A stretch of 64,000 nucleotides of DNA from a virus (IMGVR_UViG_3300032282_002676:5647-69646); one strand, 5' to 3'; counted from the first letter of the stretch, positions 32,694-42,517 are shown. Notes: generated by a model not told the origin, from the letters alone. Numbers and translations are program-made.

Positions 32694-33367
32694 TTGGTAA
32701 TAATGTCCTTAAATTCTTCAATAACATCTTTAACAAATTCTGGTTTTAATAAACGGATTGTCCTCTTATCCTCATTCAATTGAACTTCATAGTCATAATA
32801 GGATATTTTTTCTTTTGTGGTAGTTTCGGTAATTTTAGTATTGCTTTGTAATGTTGCATTGTTTGTACCAACGATCACATTAGCATAAGTGTTTCCATCA
32901 ATTTCAATTTTTTCAATAATAGTCTTAGCATCAATCGACACACCAGATACTGAAGTGTTTGCTTTTCTGGTAATAATTTTATAGTATGCTTTAGTGTGAG
33001 TGTCACTCATTGCCCAAGACAAACCACTCACATGTGTATTTGCAGTGTCGGCATAACTTGGTTTTGAATACTTCTGATCAATGTATTTTACTAGAGTATC
33101 GTACTGTAAAGGCCAATCGTATTGTGGATCCATAATATCATTGAACATCAATACAATCCAATGGCGCTCAGGACTGCCATAAATTTTTGATGCAATAATT
33201 TCTGGAGTATCAGATTCTTTAATTAGATACTCATAAAATGCCGATGAGTTTTGTTTTAACGATTTTTCAAAACCAAACCGAGCAATAATGTTTGTAACAA
33301 TATTTAAACTGGTTGTATTTGAACCAGAGTAATACGTTAGAGGAAAGTGATTAAAATAATTTGCCAT
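32690..33367 (-). CDS. gp53: Baseplate wedge subunit gp53
   Basis: YFNHFP; TPEIIASKIYGSPERHWIVLMFNDIMDPQYDWPL; YDYE..LNEDKR.I.LLKP. Confidence 0.9.
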   Translation of the reverse strand: MANYFNHFPLTYYSGSNTTSLNIVTNIIARFGFEKSLKQNSSAFYEYLIKESDTPEIIASKIYGSPERHWIVLMFNDIMDPQYDWPLQYDTLVKYIDQKYSKPSYADTANTHVSGLSWAMSDTHTKAYYKIITRKANTSVSGVSIDAKTIIEKIEIDGNTYANVIVGTNNATLQSNTKITETTTKEKISYYDYEVQLNEDKRTIRLLKPEFVKDVIEEFKDIITK

Positions 33368-33373
33368 TATTCT

Positions 33374-34687
33374 TTAACTAAAAGTATTCTTCTGACCACC
33401 AGCATAAGATGCTGATACACCTTGCATCGATGCACCGCCAATTTTCTGATCACCAAAGTCACTCTTTGTGATGTATGTTGTTTCTTTAAACTGTAATGAC
33501 ATTTGAATACCTACTGGCATACCTGTGCGACCTAACAACGGATCATTTTCGCCAGGAACTTCATATGCTGACCATCCATTTGGTGCATAGTTCACTTGGA
33601 TACTTTGCAGTACGCAAGTTGCTATAGATGGTATGTTTGGATTCTGTTTACCTGCATAGAAGAACTTAATATCAAATTCAGAAGGAGGTATTAATAAACC
33701 AGACTGCCGACCTGCTTCACCAATAACATCCAGTTCTGGTGCTTGATGAAATCTAAAACGATCAATAATCTTCTGTACTTCTAATGCTTCCGCTTCACTT
33801 CTAGGATAAAAGAAGAACTCAAACTGAAATGAGCGAAAGTCTGGCGCTGAGTAAATCAACTCAATCATTGGATTGGTAACTTTGCCAGTGAATCCAAAAA
33901 CGCCTAATCTTGCGGTATCTCCACCAAGATTAAACTTATCTAATACTTTCTGACCAACATTCTGTAAAGCACCTGACTTTTTAAGTGCATTCAGGGCTGC
34001 TGTACCACCACCTCTTCTATATTCATCAACAATTGCTGGTGCTGCAACCAGTGCTTGACCTAACAATTCTTTACCTGGATTCAACCCATCATATGATGCT
34101 GTACTATCAAAGTTGATGGTATCTGGCATGTACAGTGCAATAGCATCTGTGGTTAATTGTGTTGTGTTTAAAAATCCAAATGGACTTTTATCACTTATGC
34201 TTTTGATTGAATACTCAACTGCTTGATCATACTTCTGTTCACTTGATGATTGCTTAGGACCAGAAACAAAATTGTCAATTGCTCCACTCACTTTGCTTCC
34301 AATTTTACCACCTTTTTGGCTTAGATAAGCAGAACCTTTACTGATTGCATTTGTTAAAGCACCATTAATCTCTTGTGCAAAAACATTTTTAAGTTTAGAA
34401 GTTGAAGTCCTATTCGATACACTAATTCCTGTTGCCAGTTGTTGTTGTATTGCCTGTTCGGTCTTTTCATCAAATGTGCTGCCACCTCGCTGTGCTGCAC
34501 TAAATCTAGTTTCTTTCTGCTCACGGACAAAAAACACCATATAGTGACCTTTGTCATAATTGCCAACATCAGAAGGATATCTTAAAGAAGTTTGTTTGTA
34601 CGGAGTGTTTTCCAGAGCGGAAAGAGGACCAAAAGTTCGTTTAGTATCCGGATTAAAATTTATATCAGAAAGACCGAAAAATGCCAT
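33374..34687 (-). CDS. gp48: Baseplate tail-tube cap gp48
   Basis: IALYMP; NP..ELIYSAPDFRSFQFEFFFYPRSEAEA; CVLQSIQVNYAP; LQFKE. Confidence 0.85.
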   Translation of the reverse strand: MAFFGLSDINFNPDTKRTFGPLSALENTPYKQTSLRYPSDVGNYDKGHYMVFFVREQKETRFSAAQRGGSTFDEKTEQAIQQQLATGISVSNRTSTSKLKNVFAQEINGALTNAISKGSAYLSQKGGKIGSKVSGAIDNFVSGPKQSSSEQKYDQAVEYSIKSISDKSPFGFLNTTQLTTDAIALYMPDTINFDSTASYDGLNPGKELLGQALVAAPAIVDEYRRGGGTAALNALKKSGALQNVGQKVLDKFNLGGDTARLGVFGFTGKVTNPMIELIYSAPDFRSFQFEFFFYPRSEAEALEVQKIIDRFRFHQAPELDVIGEAGRQSGLLIPPSEFDIKFFYAGKQNPNIPSIATCVLQSIQVNYAPNGWSAYEVPGENDPLLGRTGMPVGIQMSLQFKETTYITKSDFGDQKIGGASMQGVSASYAGGQKNTFS

Positions 34688-34720
34688 GGTTGTCCTAAGT
34701 AGGTTAACTAGATAGTATTT

Positions 34721-35152
34721 ATGTCATATTCAGGTAAATTTACGCCCAAAAATCCACAAAAATACAAAGGTGATCCCAAGAATATCATCTATAGGTCGTC
34801 GTGGGAAGTCAAGGTAATGAAATATTTAGATGATCATCCTGACGTTATCTGGTGGGGTTCCGAAGAACTGGTTATACCATACTGGAGTCCAGTGGACAAC
34901 AAGAAACATAGGTACTTTCCAGACTTCGTTGCCAAGATTAGGCAAAAGAATGGCATAATCAAGACGTTTGTAATTGAAGTCAAACCAGAAGCACAGACTA
35001 AACCTCCAACTCAAAAACGTAAGACTAAACGCTACATTCAAGAAGCGGCAACTTATATCGTCAATCAATCTAAATGGAAAGCAGCAACCGAATTCTGCAA
35101 AGACCACGGTTGGGAATTTCAAGTTATCACAGAAAAACACCTTGGTATTTGA
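34721..35152 (+). CDS. gp4: Head completion protein gp4 (TnsA-like nuclease fold)
   Basis: YSGKFTPKNPQKYKGD...IIYRSSWE...HRYFPDF...IEVKP...NQSKWKAA. Confidence 0.92.
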   Translation: MSYSGKFTPKNPQKYKGDPKNIIYRSSWEVKVMKYLDDHPDVIWWGSEELVIPYWSPVDNKKHRYFPDFVAKIRQKNGIIKTFVIEVKPEAQTKPPTQKRKTKRYIQEAATYIVNQSKWKAATEFCKDHGWEFQVITEKHLGI

Positions 35153-35164
35153 GATAAATACTAA

Positions 35165-35749
35165 ATGGCTACCAGAACACTCATAGACAGAATCAAAGAC
35201 TCTCTTGCCAAGCAAGGTTTCGAACCACGTTCCCGTGAAGCACGTAACTGGTTGAAAGCAAAGACTGGCGCACTGAAACCTACCAAAGGTGACTTGATGC
35301 GTGACAGACAGAGACTCAAAGAAAAGTCTATAATTGGTAGAATGTACTTTTACTTTTATGATCCGAAAACGAAGGATACGTTGCCATATTACGATAAGTT
35401 CCCATTGGTTATACCAATAGAACGATACCCAGACGGTTTTTTAGGACTTAACTTGCATTACATTAGTCCAAAGCAGCGTGTACTTCTTTTAGATAAGTTA
35501 AGCACATTACTCACTGACCATAACTACGATGAGAAAACTAGACTCAGAATCAGTTATGATTACCTAGCACGGGCATCAAAAATGTATCAGGCTAAACCTT
35601 GTATTAAGAGGTACTTATACAGTCATGTGCAATCTAGGTTTTTAGAAATTACAGCAGATGAATGGGATATTGCCGTCATGTTGCCTGTTGAATCATTTGC
35701 TAAAGCAAAGAAAAACAAAGTATGGTCAGAATCAGAGGATAAATTTTAA
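35165..35749 (+). CDS. gp2: DNA end protector protein gp2
   Basis: GRMYFYFYDPKTKDTLPYYDKFPLV...GLNLHY...PCIKRYL. Confidence 0.92.
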   Translation: MATRTLIDRIKDSLAKQGFEPRSREARNWLKAKTGALKPTKGDLMRDRQRLKEKSIIGRMYFYFYDPKTKDTLPYYDKFPLVIPIERYPDGFLGLNLHYISPKQRVLLLDKLSTLLTDHNYDEKTRLRISYDYLARASKMYQAKPCIKRYLYSHVQSRFLEITADEWDIAVMLPVESFAKAKKNKVWSESEDKF

Positions 35750-36489
35750 TGGCGTTTTCACCTAATCTATTTCTTTCAAACATTAAAGGTAAGGATGGTC
35801 TAGCACGTCCTTGTCGTTTTGAAGTTGTATTACCTATTCCATCATATATTGGTCAATCAGTAAGTAACTCCTTAATAGAGAAGATACTGAACTTTCCTAA
35901 TTCAGCATTTAGTGATATAAGTGATGCTATTAATTCTGCACTACCACAAAGTCTTAAAGGTAGTGATAGTGGAATGAAGTCTGCAAATCCAGCAATGTCT
36001 AGGTATCTTGCCCTTCAATGTGAAGCAGCAGAACTACCCGGTAAAACATTAGAAACTGCCGACGTTAGAATATATGGTCCATCATTCAAAGTTCCATATC
36101 GTTCACAGTATGCAGAATCCTCGTTTACCTTTATATGTACCAACGAATTCTATGAGCGTAAGTTGTTCGATAAATGGTTAGATGCAATCAATCCACCAGA
36201 TACAAATAACTTACGTTTTCCTAAAGGTATCAAATCAAGTTATATGACACGAATCAAAGTCATTCAATATGATGACTTTATTAAACAAATCTATGCAGTA
36301 GAATTTATCGATGCTTTTCCTATCGGCGTTTCACCACAACAAGTGACTTGGTCTGACGAAGGATTCCATCGTTTAACAGTAAACTTTGCCTATCAAAAAT
36401 ATGAACCCATCTTTGAAGGCAACTATGATCTTGGCGCAGCAGCAGCAACTTTATTTGGAACTGGCGCTACGAGATTACTTTCAATTTAA
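35749..36489 (+). CDS. Tail-tube-fold baseplate protein (gp54/gp19-like)
   Basis: GLARPCRFEV; C....LPG; DAFPIGV....WS; LTVNFAY. Confidence 0.7.
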   Translation: MAFSPNLFLSNIKGKDGLARPCRFEVVLPIPSYIGQSVSNSLIEKILNFPNSAFSDISDAINSALPQSLKGSDSGMKSANPAMSRYLALQCEAAELPGKTLETADVRIYGPSFKVPYRSQYAESSFTFICTNEFYERKLFDKWLDAINPPDTNNLRFPKGIKSSYMTRIKVIQYDDFIKQIYAVEFIDAFPIGVSPQQVTWSDEGFHRLTVNFAYQKYEPIFEGNYDLGAAAATLFGTGATRLLSI

Positions 36490-36505
36490 TTAATGTGAGG
36501 ATATT

Positions 36506-37240
36506 ATGTTACCAAAAATAGATGTACCCATTTATGAAACTAAATTAATTTCGAGTGGCAAAACAATTCGTTACCGTCCGTTTCTAGTTAAAGAACAAAA
36601 AATATTTTTAATGGCTTCCGAATCTGAAGATGTTAAAGATGTTATTGGTGCAATCAAGCAAGTGATTAATAACTGTGTAATTGACGACATTGATGTGGAC
36701 AATTTAGCCACTTTTGATATTGAATATTTGTTCATACAACTTCGTGCAAGATCGGTTGGTGAAATTGTCAATCTTAAATTTAATTGTAACAATAAAATAA
36801 AAGATGATATAGGTGGAGAACATACTTGTGGAAACTTGGTTAAATTTGATTTAAATCTGTTGGAAATACAACCAACTTTAAACGAAGAACATACAAGTAA
36901 AATTGAAATAACTGATAAGTTAGGATTAGTTTTAAAATATCCTACATTCAATGCAATTAATAAATTAGATATTAATTCAAACGATATTAATCAAGTTTTA
37001 GAAGTTATTATTAACTGTATTGATTACATTTATGATGATGAGCAATTATATTATGCCAAAGATGCATCCAAAAAAGAACTGTCGGAATTTGTTGAGAACT
37101 TAAAACAATCTGACTTAGAAAAGTTCCAAAAATTTTTTGATACGTTGCCAAAAATTAAACAACAACTAAATTTTGATTGTGATAAATGTGGCTATACCGA
37201 AAAGATTGATGTTGAAGGCATACAAAATTTTTTCGTTTAA
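36506..37240 (+). CDS. gp26: Baseplate hub assembly protein gp26
   Basis: MLPKIDVPIY...YRPFLVKEQK..LMA; FDIEYLF.QLRARSVGE; C-terminal CxxC...GIQNFF. Confidence 0.9.
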   Translation: MLPKIDVPIYETKLISSGKTIRYRPFLVKEQKIFLMASESEDVKDVIGAIKQVINNCVIDDIDVDNLATFDIEYLFIQLRARSVGEIVNLKFNCNNKIKDDIGGEHTCGNLVKFDLNLLEIQPTLNEEHTSKIEITDKLGLVLKYPTFNAINKLDINSNDINQVLEVIINCIDYIYDDEQLYYAKDASKKELSEFVENLKQSDLEKFQKFFDTLPKIKQQLNFDCDKCGYTEKIDVEGIQNFFV

Positions 37241-37425
37241 ATCTTAATCATGAAACCTTAGGTAATTACTTTCAGACTAATTTTGCATTGATGCAACACC
37301 ACAAATATAGTTTGACAGAATTGGATAATTTAGTGCCTTGGGAAAGACAAGTATATATTGATCTACTGATGAAATACCTAGAAGAAGAAAATGAAAAAAT
37401 AAAAGAACAAAATAGAGGTAGATAA
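37234..37425 (+). CDS. gp51: gp51-like hub assembly protein (not in the ORF track; probably reached by -1 frameshift from gp26)
   Basis: The -1 frame reads RLNLNHETLGNYFQTNFALMQHHKYSLTELDNLVPWERQVYIDLLMKYLEEENEKIKEQNRGR*. MQHHKYSL.EL....PWER.VY is the gp51-like signature. Confidence 0.8.
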   Translation, partial: RLNLNHETLGNYFQTNFALMQHHKYSLTELDNLVPWERQVYIDLLMKYLEEENEKIKEQNRGR

Positions 37426-37431
37426 AATAAA

Positions 37432-39603
37432 ATGGCAAATAATGCAGATAGTTTTTTAAACAGTTTAAATAAATCTCAACCTAAAAGGAAAGACGTTCCT
37501 ACTTTGGAGAGAATTTTACCTGTTATGGCAAGAGATATGAATGTTATGAAAAGTAACATGGTAAAACTCGTATCAATTCAAGGAGGAACTCCAAAAACTA
37601 AAGCGGATCAATTTTTTTCTAAGGCAGAAAGTAAAGAAAACGCACTTGAAGCCAACTTTAAAAAAGGTTCAAGTCCATCAAAAGCATCTGGACCCGATAT
37701 TGTATCTAGGGTAGGAAAAGGATTAGGTTTTGGCAGCGACACTTCTATAAAAGACTTTGTTGGAAATATATTGAAGTTTATTATTAAAGGTGGTCTTGCT
37801 TCCCTCGGCGTCATGGGTATTTCCAAGTTATTAGAAAATGATGATATAAAAGGTTCGATTAAAGACTTTATCAAAAACTTATTCGTATCCGTTTTAAACA
37901 TTATTAAATCTGGTGCAGAAATGATATCCAGCATTATGAAAGATGATGATGGAAAAATAAAAGAAGGAATCATAGGTGCATTTGTTGCTATCAAAGATTT
38001 GTTAGTTCAATCAATAAAAAATATTGGCGAATTGCTTTCCGATCCTAGAGTGATGAAAGGTATTGTTGATATTGTATTTGCAATTTCTGATGCAATTAAA
38101 AAGATATTTGAAGCAGAAGTTGATTTATCCGAATATGGTATGGGTAAAACATCTTTAGGAAAAATATTAGCCGACATGGCACTTGCATTTGGAGCAGTTT
38201 ACACAGCAGCGTTGATAGCGGCAGGTGCGTTGAGACAAGTTGGAGCAAATCTTGTTGGTGGAGCGGGTGGTGGTGCTGGCGTTCCGGGTGTTGCAGGCGC
38301 AGTTCTTCCCGGTGCAATGGCAGCAGCAAGCATAGCAACAGGAACCTTTGTCGCATATGAAGCATTAACTGCGGCAGATAGACAGAGGGCAAAATCTGAT
38401 GCTGAAGAAAAAGCAAGAAAAGCAGGAAAATCTCCACAAGAAGTTGCAAAAGCAGGTCAAGAAGCCTACAATAAAGCAGGAGAAAATCAAAACCAAGAAT
38501 TTTTGGGAGCAATGGATGAATCAAGTATGGGTTCTGCTATCATGGAAGCATCTGGTGGTAAAAGAGATGCTGCCACTATCACAAATCCAAGAGAACCTGG
38601 TTATCAATCAAAAGAAAATCAAAAACGTCTAAAAGAATTAGAAGGTAAAGCCACACCAGCAAAACCCGATACAACTAAACCCTTAACCCCAACCCAAATT
38701 AGTGGCGTTCAATCCGAAGCGAAAAAATTCTTAGGTAAAAATTCAGCAGAATATCTTGCAGCAAAAGAAGGATTCAGTGCGATTGCTTATTTGGATCCTC
38801 CTGGAAATGCAAAAAATCAATACTCAATTGGTCATGGACATCTTATTCAACCACAAGAAATTGCACAAGGATATATTCTTCTTGCTGATGGTAAAAAACT
38901 TCCAGTTAGTGGTCTTGGAGGTAAAGATACAAAAATTACTAAAGAACAAGCAAAACTATTACTGCAAAGTGATTTGCCAAAATATGAAAAACTTGCTGCG
39001 GATCCATTAGGACCAGAAGCATGGGCTAAACTAAGTGACGATCAAAAGACAGCATTAATTTCTTATGCTTATAATACTGGCAGTACAGCATCACTTGTAA
39101 AAGCAGGACTAAAAGATGCTATACTTAAAGGTGATATGGAAAAAGCAGCAGAGATTATTTCAAGTAAAGGAATAAAAACTGCTGGTGGTAAATTCCATGC
39201 TGGTTTAGAAGCACGTAGAATGTCTGAGTCTACATTGTTTGCTGGCGGTCAATTTCCAAATCCATCTGGTACAGAATCGCCAACAATGCTGGCTAAAAAT
39301 GAAACTAAAGCACCAGATTCTGGCAAATCCGAAACAAAATCCATGTTAAGTACATTGCTTGACGACATGACAGGACAACTTGCAGCATTAGATCAAATGA
39401 TGGGTGGCAAATTAGGTATCGATTCTATCGGATTACAAACAGCATTCAGACAAATGGATAAAGAGTTTATGAACAATCCAACGTTTGTAGATTCATCAAC
39501 CAATGTAAGTAACGCATCTGGACCTACACCTGGTACCGCAGTATCAGCATCAGTATGGGATAGCCAGATGACCAGTTTGTTTGTTGACCGAGTAGCATCA
39601 TAA
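37432..39603 (+). CDS. Tape-measure/hub-like protein (gp29 position) with C-terminal GH24 lysozyme domain
   Basis: Helical Ala/Gly-rich N-terminal half; EGFSAIAYLD..YSIGHGH..ITKEQAKLLL..ALISYAYNTG..GLEARRMSE is a phage-lysozyme motif set. Confidence 0.75.
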   Translation: MANNADSFLNSLNKSQPKRKDVPTLERILPVMARDMNVMKSNMVKLVSIQGGTPKTKADQFFSKAESKENALEANFKKGSSPSKASGPDIVSRVGKGLGFGSDTSIKDFVGNILKFIIKGGLASLGVMGISKLLENDDIKGSIKDFIKNLFVSVLNIIKSGAEMISSIMKDDDGKIKEGIIGAFVAIKDLLVQSIKNIGELLSDPRVMKGIVDIVFAISDAIKKIFEAEVDLSEYGMGKTSLGKILADMALAFGAVYTAALIAAGALRQVGANLVGGAGGGAGVPGVAGAVLPGAMAAASIATGTFVAYEALTAADRQRAKSDAEEKARKAGKSPQEVAKAGQEAYNKAGENQNQEFLGAMDESSMGSAIMEASGGKRDAATITNPREPGYQSKENQKRLKELEGKATPAKPDTTKPLTPTQISGVQSEAKKFLGKNSAEYLAAKEGFSAIAYLDPPGNAKNQYSIGHGHLIQPQEIAQGYILLADGKKLPVSGLGGKDTKITKEQAKLLLQSDLPKYEKLAADPLGPEAWAKLSDDQKTALISYAYNTGSTASLVKAGLKDAILKGDMEKAAEIISSKGIKTAGGKFHAGLEARRMSESTLFAGGQFPNPSGTESPTMLAKNETKAPDSGKSETKSMLSTLLDDMTGQLAALDQMMGGKLGIDSIGLQTAFRQMDKEFMNNPTFVDSSTNVSNASGPTPGTAVSASVWDSQMTSLFVDRVAS

Positions 39604-39630
39604 AAAAACGCCACCCGAAGGTGGCGTTTG
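39602..39630. terminator. Intrinsic terminator between convergent genes
   Basis: AAACGCCACC-CGAA-GGTGGCGTTT hairpin; A7 tract on the left gives a U-tract on the minus strand. Confidence 0.85.
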
Positions 39631-39636
39631 CAGAGT

Positions 39637-40506
39637 TTAATCTTCTGCTAGAGACCTAAAATAATCTAGTTCTTCATCATTCTCATTCAAACTAGGTGCT
39701 GATTTTGCTGGAGTCAAAATCGTATCTTCCGCTTTAGTCTTTACTGGTGCAACACCATCAAGACCTAAAACTTTGTCCAACTTTGCTTTCAATGTATCAT
39801 ATGGTTTGAATTGTTTTGGATCAAGAAACTCTTTGAGTGAGTATTCTTTCTTCCAAATTGCTTCAAGTTTTTCGTCATCACCATCAACTGGAGTGATAGA
39901 ATCAAACTCAGACTTGTCATAGTTGCGATAACCTTCAACTTGACGAATCTTGATTTTGAAGTTGGCACCTTCCCAGAAGTCGAAAGGATTCAACGGTGTC
40001 TCATCAGCAAACTCTGGATTCATTGCTTCAGAGATTTTATCAAAGATTTTCTTACCAAACTTATACAGCCTAATTTGACCTTCATTCTCTGGATTTTTTG
40101 GGTCAGAGACTACTAGAATGTTTGAGATATACGTCAAACGGCGTTTTTGTTTACGGGCGATTTCTTTGTTTGCTTCAATGCCTGAGTTCCACAGAATAGA
40201 GTTGTATTCTGATACTGGATCTTTTTGATTGAGTGTAGTCAAAGAGTTTTCGATGTACCAACCACCTGGGCCTTGAAAGCCATGATTGAATACACGAACC
40301 CATGGGAGTGCATCGTCACCATCTGCTGCTGGTGCTGGCAGAAAACGAATCACTGCCATACCATTACCTGCTTTGTCTACTTCGGGTTGCCAGAAACGGG
40401 TATCATCTTTTGAACCTGCTTCTGCTGTTGATGAAGGAACTTCCATTGCTTTTTTGAGCGAATCGAAGGCGTTACGATTGCGCTTGAGTGCTGAAAAATC
40501 AGACAT
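39637..40506 (-). CDS. gp32: Single-stranded DNA-binding protein gp32
   Basis: DTRFWQPEVDKAGNGMAVIRFLP; HGFQGPGGWYIENSLTT; GANFKIKIR..GYRNYDKSEF; acidic tail. Confidence 0.97.
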   Translation of the reverse strand: MSDFSALKRNRNAFDSLKKAMEVPSSTAEAGSKDDTRFWQPEVDKAGNGMAVIRFLPAPAADGDDALPWVRVFNHGFQGPGGWYIENSLTTLNQKDPVSEYNSILWNSGIEANKEIARKQKRRLTYISNILVVSDPKNPENEGQIRLYKFGKKIFDKISEAMNPEFADETPLNPFDFWEGANFKIKIRQVEGYRNYDKSEFDSITPVDGDDEKLEAIWKKEYSLKEFLDPKQFKPYDTLKAKLDKVLGLDGVAPVKTKAEDTILTPAKSAPSLNENDEELDYFRSLAED

Positions 40507-40521
40507 ATATTACCTCGTATG

Positions 40522-41070
40522 TTAGTTGTTTATCGTATGTGCATCTTGTTCACATGATTCATTATATACTTTTATATATGTATCGTCAAGAACCGATTGA
40601 ACAATTTTTATCGTTTTTGCCGTATCAGTGTGAAGTATTCCAATTCCACCTGCCATATTAAAATCATCAATGACATCTTGCGTATCATCAATAAGGATAA
40701 TATCCGGTTTCGCATAGTCTACTTTCAATGCACGACCAGGTACGATGTTGGCAGAAAAATCGATGTAATGTTTTTTCAACCATACCTTTTTTTGTTTCTT
40801 TACTGCTTCATGATGATCTCTACCACCTGACGATGATAGAATCTCAATTGGTATATCTAATGACAGAACATACTTCAATAGTTCTTTACCACCAGGATAC
40901 CAATCAAGTGTCTCAAAATTATTACCATCTACAAACTCATCCCACTTATAATCACGTTTCTCACCTCTTTCACGACTAGGACTCGGTGCGACTTTCCATA
41001 ATTCTTCATATCGTTTGGTAAAGTCGGACAGAACACCGTCCATGTCAAGGTAGAGTTTCTGTATTTTCAT
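40522..41070 (-). CDS. HAD-family 5'(3')-deoxyribonucleotidase-like protein
   Basis: LYLDMDGVLSDF (DxDG motif); ILIDD; GGIGILH. Confidence 0.8.
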   Translation of the reverse strand: MKIQKLYLDMDGVLSDFTKRYEELWKVAPSPSRERGEKRDYKWDEFVDGNNFETLDWYPGGKELLKYVLSLDIPIEILSSSGGRDHHEAVKKQKKVWLKKHYIDFSANIVPGRALKVDYAKPDIILIDDTQDVIDDFNMAGGIGILHTDTAKTIKIVQSVLDDTYIKVYNESCEQDAHTINN

Positions 41071-41659
41071 GTAGTTCTTTCTTCAGTATGAGTTTGTATT
41101 TTGTTGGATCAAATTGTATAAACGGTGTGTACTTCTTTATCTTCAGACTTGTATTTGGATAGTGAATCGTATCATCAATCTTTTTATCCCACATAGGCAA
41201 GAAATTCAATATTGAGTTTAAAATACATACAGTTTCAATCGATACTTCACCATATAACAACTTGGACAATAATAAAGGATATGGACTATTATCCCGCATC
41301 ATTAACAAGTCATTTGGGTTTCCGTGAGTCATTAATGATGCAATCTCATTCGTGAAGGTATACGATAATGATTGTAGCACTTTCTGTCGAGCACGATAAT
41401 GGACATCAGAATCTTCTCTTAGTAAATTTCCAATCCATACATCACGATCATGCAAAAAATTAGCAACAAGAAAATCTCTAGCCTGGTCATCATTAGAAAA
41501 TCTCCTACTCAATTTATAAAAAAACCATTTATCTTTCCTATTCTCAAATGCATCTATACTCGTTCTTGATTTACCACCATACTTAAAGTAGTCATAAGAT
41601 TCTTGTGTAAAATGCAGTTTGAGTGAGGAGAATAAACAGAAGGCCTCATATCCAGTCAT
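41045..41659 (-). CDS. gp59: Helicase loader gp59
   Basis: LKLHFTQESYDYFKYGGK...FENRKDKWFFYKLS; SIETVCIL; KYTPF. Confidence 0.9.
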   Translation of the reverse strand: MTGYEAFCLFSSLKLHFTQESYDYFKYGGKSRTSIDAFENRKDKWFFYKLSRRFSNDDQARDFLVANFLHDRDVWIGNLLREDSDVHYRARQKVLQSLSYTFTNEIASLMTHGNPNDLLMMRDNSPYPLLLSKLLYGEVSIETVCILNSILNFLPMWDKKIDDTIHYPNTSLKIKKYTPFIQFDPTKYKLILKKELHENTETLP

Positions 41660-41880
41660 ATAGGTAATCTATTACTTTTAGTTTTCAACATATTCAATCT
41701 TTCGGCCTGTTCATGTATTTTAGACTTCAGGTTTGGAGTGATAAGTGTTGCTGCGACTTCCATCTCCAAACCTGTGCCTTTACAATGTTCAACGATTGCC
41801 TCAAGATAAGTATAATCCGTTTTTGCCACCAAATCTTCAATTTCTAGTGTGAACTTCATCATCTCATCTTTTGTTGGCAT
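41656..41880 (-). CDS. gp33: Late transcription coactivator gp33
   Basis: F..EIE.LV...YLEAIV..C....E.E..A.LI...LKSKI..QA..LN.L; likely start MPTKDEM at 41880; synteny gp33-gp59-gp32. Confidence 0.85.
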   Translation of the reverse strand: MPTKDEMMKFTLEIEDLVAKTDYTYLEAIVEHCKGTGLEMEVAATLITPNLKSKIHEQAERLNMLKTKSNRLPI

Positions 41881-41881
41881 C

Positions 41882-42499
41882 TTAGAATTTAACCTTTGCA
41901 CCACCAAGTGTTCCTGGTGCATCCATTTTCCATGTTGAGAGATCAGCAACAGTCAATGATTGAATGCCTTTAGTATCCAAAGTCCACGATTGAACTTGTT
42001 GTGAGGTCAATGGTGCCATGGTTGGAAATTTACCATATGTATCTTTGTATGAGTATGTTTGATTCGTATCAAGATTAGTTACAGTCAATGGTGCCAAATC
42101 AGCAGTGGTCAATGCAGCAATACTGGCAGTTGTCAAACCACCAAATGGCCATCCGTTATTAGGAAAATGATCCATCGAGAACTTATCTGCTGATTGAGAT
42201 TGCTCCATTGCATGTATTGATTCTAATAGAATGTCATCTGCTTCTTTACCCCAACTTTGTGAATAATTATCATCGTCATCTCCATCTTCATAACTTCCAC
42301 CATCGATACCTAATTCACCAATATCACCTTGAATATCATGACCAGATGCAATCAGAAAGTTTTTGATCTCAGCAAAGATAATATCCAAATCATAATCTGG
42401 GTCTGCACGAAATTGTATGTTTACATGCTTATCATCATTAGTGTGGAAGTTAAAACTATAATTGCTACGATCATCATTATATTGACCAAGTGTATTCAT
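41882..42499 (-). CDS. Hypothetical acidic protein
   Basis: 205 aa; SD AAGGAG; low-complexity LT(T/V)ADL repeats. Confidence 0.65.
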   Translation of the reverse strand: MNTLGQYNDDRSNYSFNFHTNDDKHVNIQFRADPDYDLDIIFAEIKNFLIASGHDIQGDIGELGIDGGSYEDGDDDDNYSQSWGKEADDILLESIHAMEQSQSADKFSMDHFPNNGWPFGGLTTASIAALTTADLAPLTVTNLDTNQTYSYKDTYGKFPTMAPLTSQQVQSWTLDTKGIQSLTVADLSTWKMDAPGTLGGAKVKF

Positions 42500-42517
42500 A
42501 ATATATCTCCTTAATAA

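Noticed and set aside
34721-35152. Transposase or homing endonuclease (TnsA-like motif)
   Set aside because: Sequence and position beside gp2 identify the core gp4 head completion protein; no terminal repeats.
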